Shown here piece by piece: positions 20,282-23,421 of a stretch of DNA of 23,421 nt. The notes under the pieces were generated by a model. That model worked only from the letters and a program-made list of their open reading frames with translations, made no database searches and was not told the DNA's origin. Source of the DNA: an uncultured Thermococci archaeon (GTDB lineage Archaea > Methanobacteriota_B > Thermococci > Thermococcales > Thermococcaceae); the NCBI GenBank assembly GCA_964615185.1, contig CAZTOS010000034.1:1-23421 (forward strand), written 5' to 3'. Every line of letters begins with the position of its first letter. The stretch's first letter is position 1. The position numbers were made by a program, and so were the translations under genes.

Positions 20282-21247
20282 TCAAGCTTTCAGCCAGTCA
20301 AGGAAAGCGTCAATGTCTGCTTCCAGAAAGTCTTGGAGATTGCCTTCAATGCTTCCGTCTTCATGGACTTTGAGCTTTTCAAAAACTGATTTTCCGTGTT
20401 CTTTTCTCGAAGAGTAGATGGTGAGGTCGTTAGGCTCCAAACGCTTATTGGCAACTGCATTGAGGAAACCATAGAGCAGATGTTCGGAGTGAGTCTCGAT
20501 GATTAGCTGATAGTCCCTCTTCTCTGAAACCATCACCAGAAAGTCAGCAAGTTCATACTGAAGCTTTGGATGAAGGTGCATCTCTGGGTGCTCAATGAAG
20601 ATTGTGCTACCCTTTGGATAGAAGGCCAAAGCGACGACGATAGGAAACAGTGCACTTAGTCCAGCACCAGCATCTGCGAGGTTGACATCAACCCCTTCAG
20701 GAGTTGTTGCAATTATCTCATACTCGCCAGCTCTCTCCGTAGGAACCCAACGGACGTTATGCAATCCATACTTTGAGTAAAATTCACGAATCATGTCAAC
20801 ATTTTCCTGAAATTCAGAGCGATAGCAGGCATAGTAGAAGAGCTGATGGGCATTCTCTGTGTTTACTAACTCGGGATTAGCTAGGACATTTCTCAAGGTT
20901 CGAGTTATTTTTCTAAGTGAGGTTAGGACATGAAGTATCTTCTGGGTGGCATCAAGGTTACCCTGTGCTGATCTTGTAAACTCAGGAGCTTTGAATTCAA
21001 CTGAAATGAAGGGTGTATCCGAGAAAAGTCCCAGAAAGCGAATTTTTCTTTTTGTTTCATGCATATAAACAACTTTTTCAAACTCTCCCCTTGTGAATGG
21101 ATACCACTTACCAGTCAACATTCCAAATGCTTCAAGGACTGAACTCTTCCCGCTTCCATTCGGTCCAATGAGGAGATTAACCTTTGAAAACTCAAGCTCA
21201 GCCTTCTCGATTGATTTATAATTTTCAATCAGCAAACGGGTCAGCAT
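20282..21247 (-). CDS. ABC-type/AAA_21 ATPase (SMC/OLD-like, DUF3696-like C-terminus)
   Basis: IENYKSI, GPNGSGKS (Walker A), AGAGL signature, IFIEHPEMHLHP (Walker B/D-loop), IETHSEHLL (H-loop); start ATG 21247 after GGTGAG. Confidence 0.85.
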   Translation of the reverse strand: MLTRLLIENYKSIEKAELEFSKVNLLIGPNGSGKSSVLEAFGMLTGKWYPFTRGEFEKVVYMHETKRKIRFLGLFSDTPFISVEFKAPEFTRSAQGNLDATQKILHVLTSLRKITRTLRNVLANPELVNTENAHQLFYYACYRSEFQENVDMIREFYSKYGLHNVRWVPTERAGEYEIIATTPEGVDVNLADAGAGLSALFPIVVALAFYPKGSTIFIEHPEMHLHPKLQYELADFLVMVSEKRDYQLIIETHSEHLLYGFLNAVANKRLEPNDLTIYSSRKEHGKSVFEKLKVHEDGSIEGNLQDFLEADIDAFLDWLKA

Positions 21248-21281
21248 GAGGCTCACCACTTCTGTATTCTTGAGCTGATGG

Positions 21282-21296
21282 TATTTAAGAACTTTG
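21282..21296 (-). promoter_or_regulatory. BRE-TATA promoter candidate for the ATPase-PIN operon
   Basis: Minus strand CAAAGTT-CTTAAATA, about 35 nt upstream of ATG 21247. Confidence 0.5.
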
Positions 21297-21316
21297 GCTG
21301 GGCAATCCAACAAATG

Positions 21317-21360
21317 TAAAACAGAAAAAGCAAGTAATAATTCAAAGAACAAAAAATCAG
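21317..21360 (-). terminator. Oligo-U terminator candidate after flpA
   Basis: Minus strand TTTTTTGTTCTTT...CTTTTCTGTTTT immediately after the fibrillarin stop. Confidence 0.45.
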
Positions 21361-21363
21361 AAG

Positions 21364-22044
21364 TCAAGGCTTTCTGACAACAAAGAGTGCATGATCTTTT
21401 TCGTATGGCTCCAAAGAAATGCGCTCAACAATCTCAAAGTACTCGCTTAGCTCTTTTTCAACCATCTTGAAGACTTCTTCTGGCTCCTTTGTAACGTCAA
21501 TGCTCCTGCTCTTAACGGCAATCATTCCATAGCCACCGCTCTTGAGGTAAGCCTTTGCATTGTCAATCAAAATCTTTGCCTGAGTTGGCTGGGCAACATC
21601 CTCAAATATTACATCAACCTTCGTAACCAGCGCTCTGTATTCCTCGGGCTTCATGGCATCTCCAAGGATTGGAATTATGTTCCTCCTCTCCTCAACTATC
21701 GGCACAAGCTCTCTCAGAACCCTTGGTGAGAACTCAATACCGAAGATTTTGCCTTCCCATCCAATGATGTCACTCACGTGGGAAGCAGTTGTACCGCTTG
21801 CAATTCCCAAATATAAGACGCTCTTTCCGGGCTTAATTGGGAAGTTTTTGAGACCATTCATAATTGCAGCAGCAAGCTTTGACCTCCTTGGATTCCAGAT
21901 TCTGTATTCTTCACCTTCCCATTTAACTATCCTTTCTCCATAAACTTTCTGCCCAAGAACTAAATTCTTGGTCGCAATTTTCTCGCTTCCATCTTCATCA
22001 ATGAATATGTAAACGCCAGGGAATTTGTGCTTTTTAATCTTCAT
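21364..22044 (-). CDS. flpA: Fibrillarin-like rRNA/tRNA 2'-O-methyltransferase
   Basis: [46 protein letters not shown]. Confidence 0.97.
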   Translation of the reverse strand: MKIKKHKFPGVYIFIDEDGSEKIATKNLVLGQKVYGERIVKWEGEEYRIWNPRRSKLAAAIMNGLKNFPIKPGKSVLYLGIASGTTASHVSDIIGWEGKIFGIEFSPRVLRELVPIVEERRNIIPILGDAMKPEEYRALVTKVDVIFEDVAQPTQAKILIDNAKAYLKSGGYGMIAVKSRSIDVTKEPEEVFKMVEKELSEYFEIVERISLEPYEKDHALFVVRKP

Positions 22045-22049
22045 CTACC

Positions 22050-23285
22050 TCACCTCCTTCTTTTACCCTTCTCCTTTTTGCCTTTGAACTTCTTTCCTTT
22101 TTCTTTCCCCTTGAACTTCTTCTTGAACTTCTCCTTCTTTTTCTTCTTCGGCTTCTCCTTTCTCTTTGGTGGGTTCGGATACTTCTCTTTAATTTCCTTG
22201 ATTCTTGCCTCAAGCTCTTTCTTCAGCTCCTCAGCTATATATTCGCCTGAGAAGTAGTCCACACGGGCGGCGATAGCTAACTTACCAGCCAATGCTCTTG
22301 CAATCTTTCCACGCTGCCACCATGGGGACTTGTTGATTGCTGGATACTGATAGATAACACCGTGCTTTGGCGGCTTTGCACCAGTCCTTAAGTGCCTGAA
22401 GAGAGCTTTTTCAGCACCAAGCACTTGAATTGTTGATGATGGCATCATTGCCAGTTCCTTCAACCCGCCAGCCAAACTTATTAAACGAGCGGCAAGCTTT
22501 GCACCAACGAGGCCTTTGAGGTTTGGTGCAACGTCATCCATTGCCCTGTCAATGTAATCCTCAATCTCCTCCCTAAGCTTATAGAGGTCATCAATTTCTT
22601 TAGCAAAATCTTGGATTACCTTGATGTCCTTTTCATCCATCCATGCACCCATGGTCTTTTCTTTAGCCTTGAGAATTCTCTCAATTTTGCCTTCACTGAA
22701 TCCAAGCTTTTCGAGGTTCTCTTTAGTTACATTCTCTCTGTGCCCTATGTTCTTAACAAATGTAACATACTGTGGATGCTTTGGTAAAATCTCATCAAGC
22801 TCTGGGAAATGAAGTGAGTACCACTCCCTGAGCCTTGAGACGAGCAGGTTTATGACCTTGTCAATGTCATCTAAAGCCTCAATTGCTTGAATCACCATCT
22901 TATCCCTTGCACCGCTCTGCTCCTGAATCCTTAAGCGAGTCAAAGCCACGCCAACAGAATAATAGCGCTCAAACCATTCCCTACCAAGGAACTCTTCCGG
23001 TTTCTCTCTGAGTATTTCTCCAGCCAAATTTGGGAATTCTGCATCTGCATTAAAGCCAAGTTCTTTTGCTTTTCTACTTAAATCTGGATGCTCAAAAATG
23101 AACTTCTCATAACCTTTTTCCTTGAGCTCCTCAAGAAATGCTACCAGATCATCAGAAATCTCACCGGATAAGAGTTTATCCAAAGCTATCTCGGGCTTTT
23201 CTCTGTACTCTCTCTTGGCAATTAAGTTACCCCTCTCATCGAAGGCATAAATTCCCTGAACGTTTTCGCTTATGTAAGCTTTCAT
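22050..23285 (-). CDS. nop5: C/D box RNP subunit Nop5 (aNop56)
   Basis: RLREWYSLHFPEL, APNL, QVLGAEKALF, PPKHGVIY, Lys-rich tail; ATG 23285 after GAGGTGA. Confidence 0.96.
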   Translation of the reverse strand: MKAYISENVQGIYAFDERGNLIAKREYREKPEIALDKLLSGEISDDLVAFLEELKEKGYEKFIFEHPDLSRKAKELGFNADAEFPNLAGEILREKPEEFLGREWFERYYSVGVALTRLRIQEQSGARDKMVIQAIEALDDIDKVINLLVSRLREWYSLHFPELDEILPKHPQYVTFVKNIGHRENVTKENLEKLGFSEGKIERILKAKEKTMGAWMDEKDIKVIQDFAKEIDDLYKLREEIEDYIDRAMDDVAPNLKGLVGAKLAARLISLAGGLKELAMMPSSTIQVLGAEKALFRHLRTGAKPPKHGVIYQYPAINKSPWWQRGKIARALAGKLAIAARVDYFSGEYIAEELKKELEARIKEIKEKYPNPPKRKEKPKKKKKEKFKKKFKGKEKGKKFKGKKEKGKRRR

Positions 23286-23366
23286 CAGCATCACCTCTCT
23301 ATCATTTTGCTAAAAGGATATAAAAGGGTTGAGCTTTTAAACCTGATTAGTGCTGAGGCAATGAGA

Positions 23367-23421
23367 CTGACCTCCTCCCCTTTGTAAGGGTTTCAGTTAG
23401 GCAGGGAGGGTTTGAGGGGCT
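23367..23421 (-). mobile_element. IS200/IS605-type right end (element continues past window)
   Basis: Minus strand ...GAAACCCTTACAAAGGGGAGGAGGTCAG: hairpin plus GGAGGAGGTCAG terminus; shares the 12-mer with 13436-13447. Confidence 0.6.

Noticed and set aside
21248..21367. N-terminal 40-aa extension of the ATPase in the ORF track
   Set aside because: It covers the flpA terminator and the cassette promoter; RBS and fold both support the start at 21247.
22050..22170. Repeats of TTGAACTTCT and purine-rich tract
   Set aside because: They encode the normal Lys-rich tail of Nop5; not a CRISPR or DNA repeat.
23280..23310. K-turn/C-D-like words (ATGATA, GTGATG, CTGA, TGATGA) in the nop5 leader suggesting L7Ae autoregulation
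   Set aside because: Explained by the RBS GAGGTGA plus start codons; the boxes do not pair into a convincing K-turn.
23341..23370. Plus-strand TGATTA..CTGA..ATGA..CTGA resembling a C/D sRNA
   Set aside because: Spacers are too short to be guides, and the last CTGA is the IS-type end.

Overview
Thermococcales chromosomal window (probably Thermococcus), mostly housekeeping. It holds tRNA-Phe and tRNA-Gly; a class-III PLP enzyme (racemase-like) with an MFS transporter and a half-size GDT1 protein; two class-I aminotransferases; cgi121; an RHH(CdrS-like)-ftsZ2-parA-RHH cluster; an HTH-pyrF-PUA-ribL operon; methylmalonyl-CoA mutase; a short beta-CASP nuclease; deoxyhypusine synthase; R15P isomerase; and nop5-fibrillarin. 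Four parts stand out. (1) A two-gene ABC-type ATPase + PIN nuclease cassette with CGN-rich Arg codons and its own promoter is a candidate defence or toxin-antitoxin system. (2) A three-gene KaiC module retains the CII Ser-Thr phosphosite motif, with no kaiA/kaiB in the window. (3) Two IS200/IS605-type right ends are present, one closing a ~200-nt structured, tnpB-less element (candidate orphan omegaRNA). (4) A GC-rich structured ncRNA candidate lies downstream of the deoxyhypusine synthase gene. All family calls come from motif recognition by eye; no database searches were run.
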